From Candidatus Multivorans sp. (GTDB taxonomy: Bacteria > Acidobacteriota > Thermoanaerobaculia > Multivoradales > Multivoraceae), in the NCBI GenBank assembly GCA_965216125.1, contig OZ244152.1:4696578-4760577 (forward strand): a stretch of 64,000 bases of DNA. Direction: 5' to 3'. Shown piece by piece: positions 21,657-30,360 of the stretch (the stretch's first letter is position 1; the number at the start of each line of letters is the position of its first letter). The notes under the pieces were generated by a model that saw only the letters and a list, made by a program, of their open reading frames with translations, made no database searches and had not been told where the DNA came from. Position numbers and translations under genes: made by a program.

Positions 21657-21927
21657 ATGGAGAACATCGAAGCCGCCAACGAGCGTATCGCAAAGCTGAA
21701 ACAGCGACGAGATCAACTGACCGCCCGTCTCCACCGGCTGCAACAGGCGGAGAAGGCGCGTCAACGCAAAGCTCAGGACGCGCCGGCTCATCCTCATCGG
21801 GAGCTACTTCGAGGCCCGAGCGGCCGATGATCCGGATCTGCGCGAGCGCATCCTCCGAGGACTCGACGGGTTCCTGACCAGGGGACGCGACCGGGCGCTC
21901 TTCGGCCTGCCAAAGGACCAGAGATGA
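21657..21927 (+). pseudogene. MobS/MobC-like mobilization accessory protein, frameshifted
   Basis: MENIEAANERIAKLKQRRDQL...RQRKAQ, frameshift at ~21777, then TRRLILIG...LDGFLTRGRDRALFGL. Divergent from the relaxase. Confidence 0.8.
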
Positions 21928-22045
21928 GCACGACGACCTTCGACTCGCTGGCGACTGCACGCGCTCTCGAACAGGCCGGCATGGACCCGGCGCACGCGGA
22001 GGGCGTGACGGAAGCGATCAGTGGCGCGGTAAGCAGCGCCGATAC
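21924..22045 (+). pseudogene. DUF1640/CCDC90-like N-terminal stub
   Basis: MSTTTFDSLATARALEQAGMDPAHAEGVTEAI, after which similarity is lost. Confidence 0.65.
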
Positions 22046-22070
22046 GGTGGCCCGCAATCCGTACAAGTCC

Positions 22071-22289
22071 GGCCAGGGGATCAACGCCGATTCCGTGCGC
22101 CGCATCCTCCGCCGGAGCAGGCCGCAGGCGTACCCAGGGCCGCGTGTCCGGCCCCTCGCTCTGGGTCGGCTCCGCACAAGTCGCTCGTGCGCGTCGGCGG
22201 CCGAAACGGGCCGGACGCTGGCTCGCCCCCCCCGCGACCGGCTACACAGCGAACTGGCGGGTCGCGGCGCAGTCGCCAGACTCCGCTAA
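22071..22289 (+). pseudogene. Cre-like tyrosine recombinase, C-terminal remnant
   Basis: Pieces across frames read INADSVRRILRR, GRVSGPSLWVGSAQ (decayed GHSLRVG box II), AGRW, GY and ELAGRGAVARLR. Confidence 0.7.
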
Positions 22290-22342
22290 CGGGGCAGGGA
22301 AGTGAGCGCCGCCCGCGAACCGCGTTTGCCGCGATGGCTCAA

Positions 22343-22496
22343 ATGGCTTGGGGCGACCTTTCTTTGGATCGTGAGCATCGGTTTCTTCGTGGGAAGAAAC
22401 TGCACCCTGATTCAAGATGGCTTGGGACGACCCTTCTTTGGACCGTGAGCATCGGTCTTCTTCGCGGGAAGAACCTGCATCCTTGATTCAAGATGG
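22343..22496. repeat. ~75-bp imperfect tandem repeat x2 with internal hairpin
   Basis: Units start with ATGGCTTGGG at 22343 and 22417 (third ATGG at 22493). Hairpins GTTTCTTC-GTGG-GAAGAAAC and TTCTTC-GCGG-GAAGAA. Confidence 0.88.
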
Positions 22497-22499
22497 GCT

Positions 22500-23420
22500 T
22501 TAGGAGCCTTCGTTGGCTTCGTTCACTAAGTCGCGAATCCTGCACACAGCCCAAAGTGCGTTGGCGGCGGCACCGAGTCCCGACACGTTGGTGAGAACAA
22601 ATTTACGCCCGGCTTTGGCCGCCCACGATGACAGCCTCCTGATCCAGTATCTTCCCACTGCCGAATCTGGCCGCGTGACGATGATTTCATACAGAGTCTG
22701 CACGTTCCCAACAAGAGACAACTCTTCGGAGATTTCGCACGCCCCCGAGATGATCGCTTCAATCCGTTGAGCGTCCACTAGGAGTTCCCACGGCGTCCAA
22801 CAATTGGGGCACGGGCCACCGTGATACCACTCGTACCAAAGCAGCCACTCTTGGTACATGTCTGTCTCGTAGATGTTGAAGGGGTGTTCCGGGTCGTCCG
22901 GGCCGCAGTCCGCGCCGCAGAAGCGCTTGTCAGTGCTTGGTTGGCGCACAGACGCCAACCCCTCCCCTTTTCCCCCTTCTTCCCCCTCCTCGGCGACCGG
23001 GTCGGGTGCGTCTCTATCTATGATGGCGAACAGGCGCTCACGAAGCACCGAATCCGGTTCGCCTCCTGACACGATGGACAGCGCATAAATGATGTTGGCC
23101 TTCTTGGCTGGCCACTCTTCCCAGACTTCTCTTCTGTAGCCGAGTTCTCGAAGCGACTGGCGAACAACGGATAGCGGTTCGGCGTTGGCCAAGACCGCGT
23201 TGGCGTAGATACGCTGGAGTTGGTAGCTTTCGGCACGAGCAACCAGACCAGAAAAGTCTGCTTCAATGGTCTGCTTGTCTGCGAACCCGGAAGCGACAGC
23301 ATCAGCGTAGAGGTCCTCGACAGCGGGCACGTCAAGCGGAGGCGCTGGCCCGTGCTCACGTGGCGGTTGCGCGCCCACAGCAGCGGTCCAAACGGCCAAG
23401 GCGAAGCTGGCCAAAAGCAT
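22500..23420 (-). CDS. Hypothetical secreted protein, Cys/Trp-rich, plasmid cargo
   Basis: Intact 306-aa ORF with signal peptide and GAGGGAG purine tract at the start. CGADC and CPNC motifs; visibly lower GC than the flanks. Confidence 0.7.
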   Translation of the reverse strand: MLLASFALAVWTAAVGAQPPREHGPAPPLDVPAVEDLYADAVASGFADKQTIEADFSGLVARAESYQLQRIYANAVLANAEPLSVVRQSLRELGYRREVWEEWPAKKANIIYALSIVSGGEPDSVLRERLFAIIDRDAPDPVAEEGEEGGKGEGLASVRQPSTDKRFCGADCGPDDPEHPFNIYETDMYQEWLLWYEWYHGGPCPNCWTPWELLVDAQRIEAIISGACEISEELSLVGNVQTLYEIIVTRPDSAVGRYWIRRLSSWAAKAGRKFVLTNVSGLGAAANALWAVCRIRDLVNEANEGS

Positions 23421-23449
23421 CTCCCTCTTTTCGTAGCCTCCATGTAAGC

Positions 23450-23758
23450 GCTACAGCCCGCCGTCTGCGGCCCACCCGCGAACGTTCCCGGCTGCAGAAA
23501 CTGAACTAAGACGGCAGCGACTGTAGCAGAGACGGCCTTGCTGCTTGGTACCCTGCACGCGGTCCGCTACGGCTCGCGACTACCCGCGCAGGGCTGGACT
23601 AAGACACTCCCCCTCAAAAGGGCCGTTGCGCCCTCCGTAGCGGGTCATCTCGAACCCCGCCGGGTCAAAGCGCTGGGTCTCTTTTGACGTGAAACGGCCC
23701 CCGCCTGGAAGTGCCAGACGGGGGCCGGTTGAAGTCTGTGGCGACTGCTAGAGTCGCC
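23450..23758. promoter_or_regulatory. Cluster of five stem-loops upstream of the Rep gene (putative origin/copy-control region)
   Basis: GCTACAG..GCCGTCT/AGACGGC..CTGTAGC; CCGCTACGG/CCGTAGCGG; GTCAAA/TTTGAC; CGGCCCCCG/CGGGGGCCG; GGCGACT/AGTCGCC. Confidence 0.5.
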
Positions 23759-23820
23759 GGGCCGGCATTGAGCGCAAACTCACCGTGATCCGGCAGCCCG
23801 CGTGTGTACGCCGCGAACCG

Positions 23821-24640
23821 ATGACCGAGAATAGCAAACACCGCCCCGCAACCGAACACCCGGCGCTACAGCTGTCGCTGTTTGAGCCGACCCTGCACCT
23901 GGTGCTGTGCGACGGGAAGCGGGCGATCGAGCGCGGCTGGCAGCTTCGGATGCCGACCGCGGCCGCGCTGGATGCGCACGTGCACCGTGGCGGCGACCTG
24001 GGCTACATTCCGGCCTCAGTCAAGGGCCTCGTGGTGGACGTCGATACCGGGCCGGATTCCGGCCCCGTCGTCCAGTTGCTCGGCGATCCGGTCGAGACGA
24101 CCGTCTCGATGGGCGACGGACGGCACCTGCTCTACCTGGCCCCGGTCGGCTACGTGCCGGCGACCAACTACGGCAAGGGCAAGTTCCGGCTCGGCGACGT
24201 CGCCGGCGACTGGATTCACCACGGCAGCTACGCCGTGGAGACCTGGACCGGCTGGAGGCAACTGGCCGATGCCGACTGGAGCGTCCCCGTGGTCTCGACC
24301 GCGGTGCTCGACACGCTGGTCCAGTGCGGCCGGGCCGATCACGTCGTCCCGGTGACGGCCGCGGGGTCCCGGATCAGGAACTGGGGGCTGTACGGCGACG
24401 GCCCGCTCTACCAGGGCATCCGGGCCGTGGGTCTGCTCTACCGGCTCAACGTCGAGGCCGGCCGGCTGCTGGCTGCCGGCCGCTTCGAGGGCGACGGGCA
24501 GATGCTCAAGCTCGCCCGCCGCCTGGACATGGCGTACTGCCGGCCGCGGCTGCCGTTTCGGGAGGTGGAGCGGTACGGCCGGTCCGTCGCCCGGTACTGG
24601 CGCCGGCGCGCTCGAGACGGCGACAACCCGGCGTGGCTAG
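23821..24640 (+). pseudogene. Bifunctional primase-polymerase (Prim-Pol) Rep with PriCT-like domain, C-terminally truncated
   Basis: LHLVLCDGKRA..GWQ, LGYIP, LVVDVDTG, GRHLLY and PRLPFREVERYGRSVARY. Beyond ~24640 the frame reads into the antisense strand of the PIN gene. Confidence 0.75.
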
Positions 24641-24926
24641 AGAGTGTAGCGAGGTGCAGGGCATCGAGCGTCCGGAGCGGAACGGGGAAGGGTTCGAGGG
24701 CACGCTCGAGCGCAATCGGCCACAGATCGACCATCCCGACACCTTTGAGAAGCTCCCGAGCCTGTTCTCCATGGGACTCGGCGCGGAAGCGCGAGTGGAG
24801 CACGACCCATACCTCGTACTCAAGCAGCCGGCTCGAAACGATGTCGCCCTCCCAGAGCTGCTCTGGAGGGCGCCGCACCTCGGCGAAGAGATGCGCCAGC
24901 AAGACCGAACTGTCGACGTAGATCAA
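24637..24926 (-). pseudogene. VapC PIN toxin, C-terminus replaced
   Basis: IYVDSSVLLA, SSRLLEYE and LRTLDALHLAT are present. The expected final strand with TxD is lost; the ORF runs on antisense to prim-pol until 24438. Confidence 0.8.
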
Positions 24927-25219
24927 ACCCGGTCGCTTCTCACCTCGTCCAGGAGCTCCATGAGTTCCTTGAGGCTCATGATCGGCGGAGGCTTGGGCGG
25001 CGGACCCGAGAACGGCTTGAGAGGTGGCGTCAGGATGCCCTCCCGCACCATGGCGGCAAGCTTCGCGTCGGCCAGCATCGGGCTCCGTTCGGGCCGCGGC
25101 GGACCCAGTTCGGCTACGACGCGGTCACGGTTCGTGACCAGCACGGTCTCTCCCGCGGCAGCGATGCGGACGTACTCGCTGAGCTTGCTGTTCAGCGTCT
25201 TGAGGCCTACGGATCTCAT
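24923..25219 (-). CDS. Phd/YefM family antitoxin
   Basis: MRSVGLKTLNSKLSEYVRIAAAGETVLVTNRDRVVAELGP, overlapping the PIN start. Confidence 0.9.
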   Translation of the reverse strand: MRSVGLKTLNSKLSEYVRIAAAGETVLVTNRDRVVAELGPPRPERSPMLADAKLAAMVREGILTPPLKPFSGPPPKPPPIMSLKELMELLDEVRSDRV

Positions 25220-25226
25220 GCCTTTG

Positions 25227-25255
25227 AAAGTAGCCACTAGAGGCTACTTCGTCAA
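25227..25255 (-). promoter_or_regulatory. Sigma70 promoter with overlapping operator (probably leaderless mRNA)
   Basis: TTGACG-17 nt-TACTTT, then 7 nt to the ATG. The palindrome AAGTAGCC-N6-GGCTACTT overlaps the promoter. Confidence 0.75.
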
Positions 25256-25276
25256 GGCCGCCAGCCGCCCCCGCCC

Positions 25277-25747
25277 CTACTGCGACGGCGCCTGGTACAG
25301 CTCGATCTCGTACCCGTCCGGGTCGTTGAAGAACACGATCGTCGGCGGGTTGTCACCGGGAATCGTGACGAACCGTGTCGTCGAGCCCGCGGCCTCGGCC
25401 CGTTTGGCCAGCCCCTTGGCGTTGGCCGTATTGACGACGATCCGGCCGTACCTGCCCTTCCCCTCCGGCAGGGGATCGTCGTTCAGGCGCGCCAGGATCA
25501 GGCCCGCTCCACCGCCGCCGGGCGCAGCGAGGCCGATCTCGATCGGATTCTCACCATCAGGCGGATACGTCCAGGCTCGCTTGAACCCCAGCACCTCGCC
25601 GTAGTACTTCTCGGACCGCTCCAGGTCCGCCACGTTCAGGGCTACCTGCCCCAACACGGCGTCCGACTTCTCGTCCCCGGCCGCCAGCGGCGCCGCCACG
25701 CACACGAACATCGCAATCACCAAGGCCCGAACGGTCCACTTCAACAT
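25277..25747 (-). CDS. Secreted VOC/glyoxalase family protein
   Basis: Signal peptide, VALNVADLERSEKYYGEVLG and FFNDPDGYEIELYQ. Confidence 0.88.
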   Translation of the reverse strand: MLKWTVRALVIAMFVCVAAPLAAGDEKSDAVLGQVALNVADLERSEKYYGEVLGFKRAWTYPPDGENPIEIGLAAPGGGGAGLILARLNDDPLPEGKGRYGRIVVNTANAKGLAKRAEAAGSTTRFVTIPGDNPPTIVFFNDPDGYEIELYQAPSQ

Positions 25748-25821
25748 CACAAGCTCCTTCCAAGCACCGATCTCACTGTCAAGAGAAGGGCGCGAGCATA
25801 CCGCGCCGCTTCCGCGGTTCG

Positions 25822-26379
25822 TCAAAGACCGCCGGCCAGCTCGTGGAGCTTCATCACCGTCTTCCAGTTGCGCGCGGTCATGGTCGTGGACAGCTTCGAC
25901 TCGAAGAACCGGGTGGTGAGTTTCGTGCCCGCAAAACCCTGCGGGCAGTAGGAGTACACCTCCCGACCGATCACGACGAACTCGTCGGGAGGCGAGCGGT
26001 CGGGGTCGAGCGCATCGATGGCCGCAGCCTCCGGCCGGTCCGCCAGGAATCCGACGTGCAATTGGCTCAATCGGCCGACCTCGGCGGCGACTCCCGGGAA
26101 CGGGTTCGCCGGGATGATCGCCGCAAGCTCGCCAGCCGTTCGAGTCACCACAGGCACTCGGTAGCCGAACCGCGCCGCGATGGCTTCACTGACCAGGTCT
26201 GGCACGCGGCGGACCAACGCCGGACCCGCCCTAAAGACGACGTTGCCGCTCTGGATGTACGTCCGCACCTCGTCACACCCCGCCTCCGAGAACATCGCGG
26301 CGAGATCTCTCATGAGCAGCTTGTTCTTGCCGCCTACGTTGATTCCGCGGAGCAACGCAACGTGAGTGCCTGTCGTCAT
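25822..26379 (-). CDS. DUF1697 family protein
   Basis: VALLRGINVGGKN, VRTYIQSGNVVF and TARNWKTV. Confidence 0.92.
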   Translation of the reverse strand: MTTGTHVALLRGINVGGKNKLLMRDLAAMFSEAGCDEVRTYIQSGNVVFRAGPALVRRVPDLVSEAIAARFGYRVPVVTRTAGELAAIIPANPFPGVAAEVGRLSQLHVGFLADRPEAAAIDALDPDRSPPDEFVVIGREVYSYCPQGFAGTKLTTRFFESKLSTTMTARNWKTVMKLHELAGGL

Positions 26380-26415
26380 CTCAGTAGCCGCGGGCAGTTC
26401 GGCACCGTTGCCGAC

Positions 26416-26444
26416 CTGGGAACGCGGGCGTCTCGCCCGCATCC
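26416..26444. repeat. REP-like palindrome, copy 2
   Basis: CTGGGAAC-GCGGGCGTCTCGCCCGC-ATCC. Confidence 0.75.
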
Positions 26445-26757
26445 GGCGCAAAAGCGCCGGTGCATGGCGCAGCGAGAGCCCTTCTCCAGCCGCGTAGAGC
26501 CTGACCTCGGCGGGGCCGGGTGCGGGTGATTGCAGTACATGTACACTCCGTCCTTCTCACGCCGCCAAGCCCCCCTCTCTCGGTTCTCCCCCCGAACCCG
26601 TCATTGTCTTCGCACTCGTAGCGTTGCGAACCCCCATTCTCACCTTGATTGTCCTTCTCAGCTCAATTGTCGTTCGACACTGCATGAGTTCACACTCCAC
26701 CGAAGGCTCGAATAGACCGGCAGCAAACCGAGAACCAACTAGGACCGAGACATACCC

Positions 26758-28311
26758 ATGATCACAGGCGACATCAAGAACCAAATAGACCGCATCTGGG
26801 ACGCCTTCTGGTCCGGCGGCATCTCGAACCCGCTGGAAGTCATCGAGCAGATCACCTATCTGCTGTTCCTCCGCCGGCTCGACGACATGCACACGCTGGA
26901 GGAGAACAAGGCCAATCGGCTAAAGAAGCCGACTGAGCGGCGGGTCTTCCCGGAAGGCTTGGATGCCAAGGATCGGCCCTACGAGGACTTCCGCTGGTCG
27001 CGCTTCAAGCACTTCGCCCCGGCCGAGATGTTCACGGTGGTGGGGGAGCACGTCTTCCCTTATCTGCGCGCTGACCTAGCCGGGCAGCTCGGCGAGACCG
27101 ACTCCACCTACGCGCACCACATGAAGGACGCGCGCTTCACCATCCCGACTCCGGCGCTGCTGGCCAAGGTGGTGGACCTGCTCGACAAGGTGCCGATGGA
27201 GGAGCGTGACACCAAGGGGGACATCTACGAGTACATGCTCGGCAAGATCGCCACCGCGGGACAGAACGGACAGTTCCGCACGCCGCGCCACCTCATCCGG
27301 CTGATGGTGGAGCTGACTGCGCCCCAGCCCGCCGACGTCGTCTGCGACCCGGCCTGCGGCACGGCAGGCTTCCTGGTCGCGGCGGGCGAATACCTGCGCG
27401 AGCGCCACCCGAACCTGCTGCACGACGCGAAGCTGCGCGAGCACTTCCACCGCGGCCTGTTCCACGGCTTCGACTTCGACAACACCATGCTGCGCATCGG
27501 CAGTATGAACATGCTGCTGCACGGCGTGGAGAACCCGGACATCCGCTACCGGGACTCGCTGGCCCAGGACCACGCCGACGAGGAGGAGAAGTACACGTTG
27601 CTGCTAGCCAATCCGCCCTTCGCCGGCAGCCTCGACTACGAGAACACCGCAAAGGACCTGCTGCAGATCGTCAAGACCAAGAAGACAGAGCTACTCTTCC
27701 TCACGCTCTTTCTCCGGCTGCTGAAACCCGGTGGGCGGGCCGCGGTGATCGTCCCCGCTGGCGTGCTGTTCGGCTCCAGCAAGGCGCACAAGGAGCTGCG
27801 CCGCATCCTGGTGGAGGACCAGAAGCTCGACGCCGTGGTATCGCTGCCAGGCGGCGCGTTCAAGCCCTACGCTGGTGTCTCCACTACGATCCTGCTCTTT
27901 ACCAAGACCAACTCTGGCGGCACCGACTACGTTTGGTTCTACGACGTCACAGCCGACGGTTGGAGCCTCGACGACAAGCGCATGCCGCTGATGTCCGAGG
28001 ACAAGCTCGGACCGGTGCCACGGACGCCGCTACTTGATGGCGACACTCCCAACAACAACCTGCCGGACGTACTGGCACGCTGGACCGAGCGTAACGGCAC
28101 CGAGCGCGATCGCCCGCGTACCAAGCAGAGCTTCTGCGTCCCCAAAGCCGACATCGCCGCCCAAGGGTACGACCTATCACTCAACCGCTACAAGGAAGTG
28201 GTGCACAAGGACACCGAGCACCGCCCACCGACGGAGATCCTTGCACGCTTAGCGACGCTGGAAGAAGAAATTCAGCGTGCGATGAAGGAGCTAGAAAGGA
28301 TGCTTCAGTGA
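26758..28311 (+). CDS. hsdM: Type I R-M methyltransferase subunit
   Basis: WSGGISNPL, GQFRTPRH, DPACGTAGFL and ANPPF (N6-MTase motifs). Confidence 0.96.
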   Translation: MITGDIKNQIDRIWDAFWSGGISNPLEVIEQITYLLFLRRLDDMHTLEENKANRLKKPTERRVFPEGLDAKDRPYEDFRWSRFKHFAPAEMFTVVGEHVFPYLRADLAGQLGETDSTYAHHMKDARFTIPTPALLAKVVDLLDKVPMEERDTKGDIYEYMLGKIATAGQNGQFRTPRHLIRLMVELTAPQPADVVCDPACGTAGFLVAAGEYLRERHPNLLHDAKLREHFHRGLFHGFDFDNTMLRIGSMNMLLHGVENPDIRYRDSLAQDHADEEEKYTLLLANPPFAGSLDYENTAKDLLQIVKTKKTELLFLTLFLRLLKPGGRAAVIVPAGVLFGSSKAHKELRRILVEDQKLDAVVSLPGGAFKPYAGVSTTILLFTKTNSGGTDYVWFYDVTADGWSLDDKRMPLMSEDKLGPVPRTPLLDGDTPNNNLPDVLARWTERNGTERDRPRTKQSFCVPKADIAAQGYDLSLNRYKEVVHKDTEHRPPTEILARLATLEEEIQRAMKELERMLQ

Positions 28312-29399
28312 GCCAAGATCAGCGCCTCGATTCGGTTGCCGAACTCACGATGGGACAAGCGCCTGCAGGTGAATCCTACAACGCCCATGGAAACGGCCTG
28401 CCGCTTATCGCTGGCGCAGGGGACTTCGGCGAACTACATCCGGAACCAAAGAAGTACACCACTGCCCCAGGAAAGACCTGCCAAGCGGGCGACATCATTC
28501 TCGGAATTCGAGCCACCATCGGGAAGAAGGTGCTTGCGGACCGACAGTATTGCCTCGGTCGCGGCGTCGCTGGGCTTCGTGCACGCCCAGGTCTTGATGG
28601 GCGATACCTCTGGCACTGGCTGACACACGCGGAGCCAAGCCTCGCGACAAGGGCCAAGGGAGCAACGTTCAAGCAGGTCAACCGCCAGGACATCGGCTCG
28701 CTGAACATCCGTCTTCCACGCGTCCCCGAGCAGCAGCGCATTGCCGAGATCCTGGACGCAGCACAGACTCTGCGAGCCAAGCGCCGGGACGCCCTTGCCC
28801 GACTCGACACCCTAACCCATTCCATTTTCTTCGACACGTTCGGCGACCCCGTCACGAATCCGAACAAGATGCACAAACAACCATTGGGGGATTTGCTCAA
28901 ACTGAAAAGTGGCAAGTTTCTTTCCTCTGCAAAAATGGTTGACAGCGGCCCCTACTCAGTCCTTGGCGGTAACGGCATCAACGGCTCTCATGACCAATAC
29001 ATGTTCAAAGATCCGCAGATAGTGATCGGTCGTGTTGGCGTTTACTGCGGTTGCGTGCATGCATCGCCGCCGAAAAGCTGGGTCACTGACAATGCGCTCT
29101 ACGTGAGTGAATGGAGCCCGCGACTGCGGTTCGAGTACCTCCTCCACGCGTTGATGCACGCGCGTTTGAACCAGTATGCGAATCAGTCCGGCCAACCTCT
29201 CGTATCAGGGTCCAGGATCTACCCCGTGGCTATTCTGGTTCCTCCCGAAGACCTACAGATCGCATTTGAGAAACGCCTCGCCACAACAAAACGACTGCGG
29301 CGTCTCGATGAAGCCGCGGTCTCTACGGTCGAGGCGCTCTTTGCCGCTCTTCAACACCGCTCTTTCCACCGGGGGCCGCAGCCATGCGCGGCGAGCTAA
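28308..29399 (+). CDS. hsdS: Type I R-M specificity subunit
   Basis: Two TRDs separated by the conserved PEQQRIAEILD...FFDTFGDP; C-terminal LFAALQHRSF; overlaps the hsdM stop. Confidence 0.93.
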   Translation: MSQDQRLDSVAELTMGQAPAGESYNAHGNGLPLIAGAGDFGELHPEPKKYTTAPGKTCQAGDIILGIRATIGKKVLADRQYCLGRGVAGLRARPGLDGRYLWHWLTHAEPSLATRAKGATFKQVNRQDIGSLNIRLPRVPEQQRIAEILDAAQTLRAKRRDALARLDTLTHSIFFDTFGDPVTNPNKMHKQPLGDLLKLKSGKFLSSAKMVDSGPYSVLGGNGINGSHDQYMFKDPQIVIGRVGVYCGCVHASPPKSWVTDNALYVSEWSPRLRFEYLLHALMHARLNQYANQSGQPLVSGSRIYPVAILVPPEDLQIAFEKRLATTKRLRRLDEAAVSTVEALFAALQHRSFHRGPQPCAAS

Positions 29400-30235
29400 T
29401 CGGCGTGTGGTCGGAGACGTGGCGGGAGATCTGGCTGCCGCTCATCGAGCAGCCCCTGGCCGATGACGATGGAGGTTTCCCTGAGGACATCTTCTGTGAG
29501 CTGTATCGCACTCTCGCGCCAGCGCTGTCCCTGGCCCCCTCGGTCGAGGAACTCGCGGAAATCATCGACAACCCTGTGCAGAGCCGCGAAGCCTTCGAGG
29601 CGGCCACCGGGAACGACCTCGCCGGTGAACGTGTCCTTGTCAATTTCTTCGAGGCGGCGCATGAGGCGCTGGAAGAGCTGGGCGGCGACGAACTGACGAA
29701 CCGCTACTTCAACCTGCTCACCGGTTTCGTCGAGAAGTTCAGTCTGCGCTACGACCTGCGGCGGCCCTGCGTGCTCTGTCCGACCCTGCCCGGCCTGTTC
29801 ACGAGCCTAGTTCGTGATCTGCGCGCGCTCGCGAGTGAGGATCCACACCTCGATCAGTTGATGAAGGAGTACGAGGACGCCGCGAGAGACCTGCGTTTCG
29901 GATGCACAGACGGCCGGATCAAGACGTGCATCGGCAAGCAATTCATGTTGCTGGAGGCGATCGGTGCACTCGATCCCGACGTGACAAAGAACACGCTGGG
30001 CGACATGTGCGACCAACTCAACTCGTGGCCGCACGCGACGATCAGGGAGGCCCTCAAGAAGCTTTACGGCTTCGCCTCGGACTATCCCGGCATCAGACAC
30101 GGCAGCCACGCCAAGGGAGCGCTGCGCGCGATCGAGATGCGCGACATGGTGGCCATGTCAGTTCTGCTCACGGGCTTCACCCCCTATCTCGAACGCCGGT
30201 TGAGTGGGGGCGCGATCTACGGCGGCGCACGATGA
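29384..30235 (+). CDS. Hypothetical protein with Abi-C/HEPN-like C-terminal domain, embedded in the R-M operon
   Basis: C-terminal TLGD...KLYGFASDYPGIRHG resembles the AbiJ/Abi_C HEPN R-H motif. Confidence 0.6.
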   Translation: MRGELIGVWSETWREIWLPLIEQPLADDDGGFPEDIFCELYRTLAPALSLAPSVEELAEIIDNPVQSREAFEAATGNDLAGERVLVNFFEAAHEALEELGGDELTNRYFNLLTGFVEKFSLRYDLRRPCVLCPTLPGLFTSLVRDLRALASEDPHLDQLMKEYEDAARDLRFGCTDGRIKTCIGKQFMLLEAIGALDPDVTKNTLGDMCDQLNSWPHATIREALKKLYGFASDYPGIRHGSHAKGALRAIEMRDMVAMSVLLTGFTPYLERRLSGGAIYGGAR

Positions 30236-30360
30236 ACGCAACGTGCGCTCCCTCAGTTCTGCCGTTGCCGATGTTCAACAGCGGAAGCTCCGGGGGAAAC
30301 AGTCAGGAGCGCGGGTTCTTCGGGCGACTCGTGGATCGCGTTCTGGGAGGGAGGGTGTGA
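30232..30360 (+). CDS. Putative 42-aa peptide coupled to both neighbours
   Basis: ATGA overlap with the upstream stop and GTGA overlap with the hsdR start; ends GFFGRLVDRVLGGRV. Confidence 0.4.
   Translation: MNATCAPSVLPLPMFNSGSSGGNSQERGFFGRLVDRVLGGRV

Larger units (their letters stand above)
21165..24640. mobile_element. Decayed integrated mobilizable plasmid / IME remnant
   Basis: Relaxase, mobS, DUF1640, tyrosine recombinase and prim-pol remnants. Both flanking host genes (HAD and PIN) are truncated. Boundaries are approximate. Confidence 0.75.

Noticed and set aside
23500-23605. Two ACTAAGAC motifs resembling CRISPR repeat 3' ends
   Set aside because: Only two copies, and the upstream parts do not align as a ~36-bp repeat. 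They are better explained as hairpin units.
30204-30356. N-terminal extension of hsdR in the ORF track
   Set aside because: Similarity and a strong GGAGG RBS point to the GTG at 30357.
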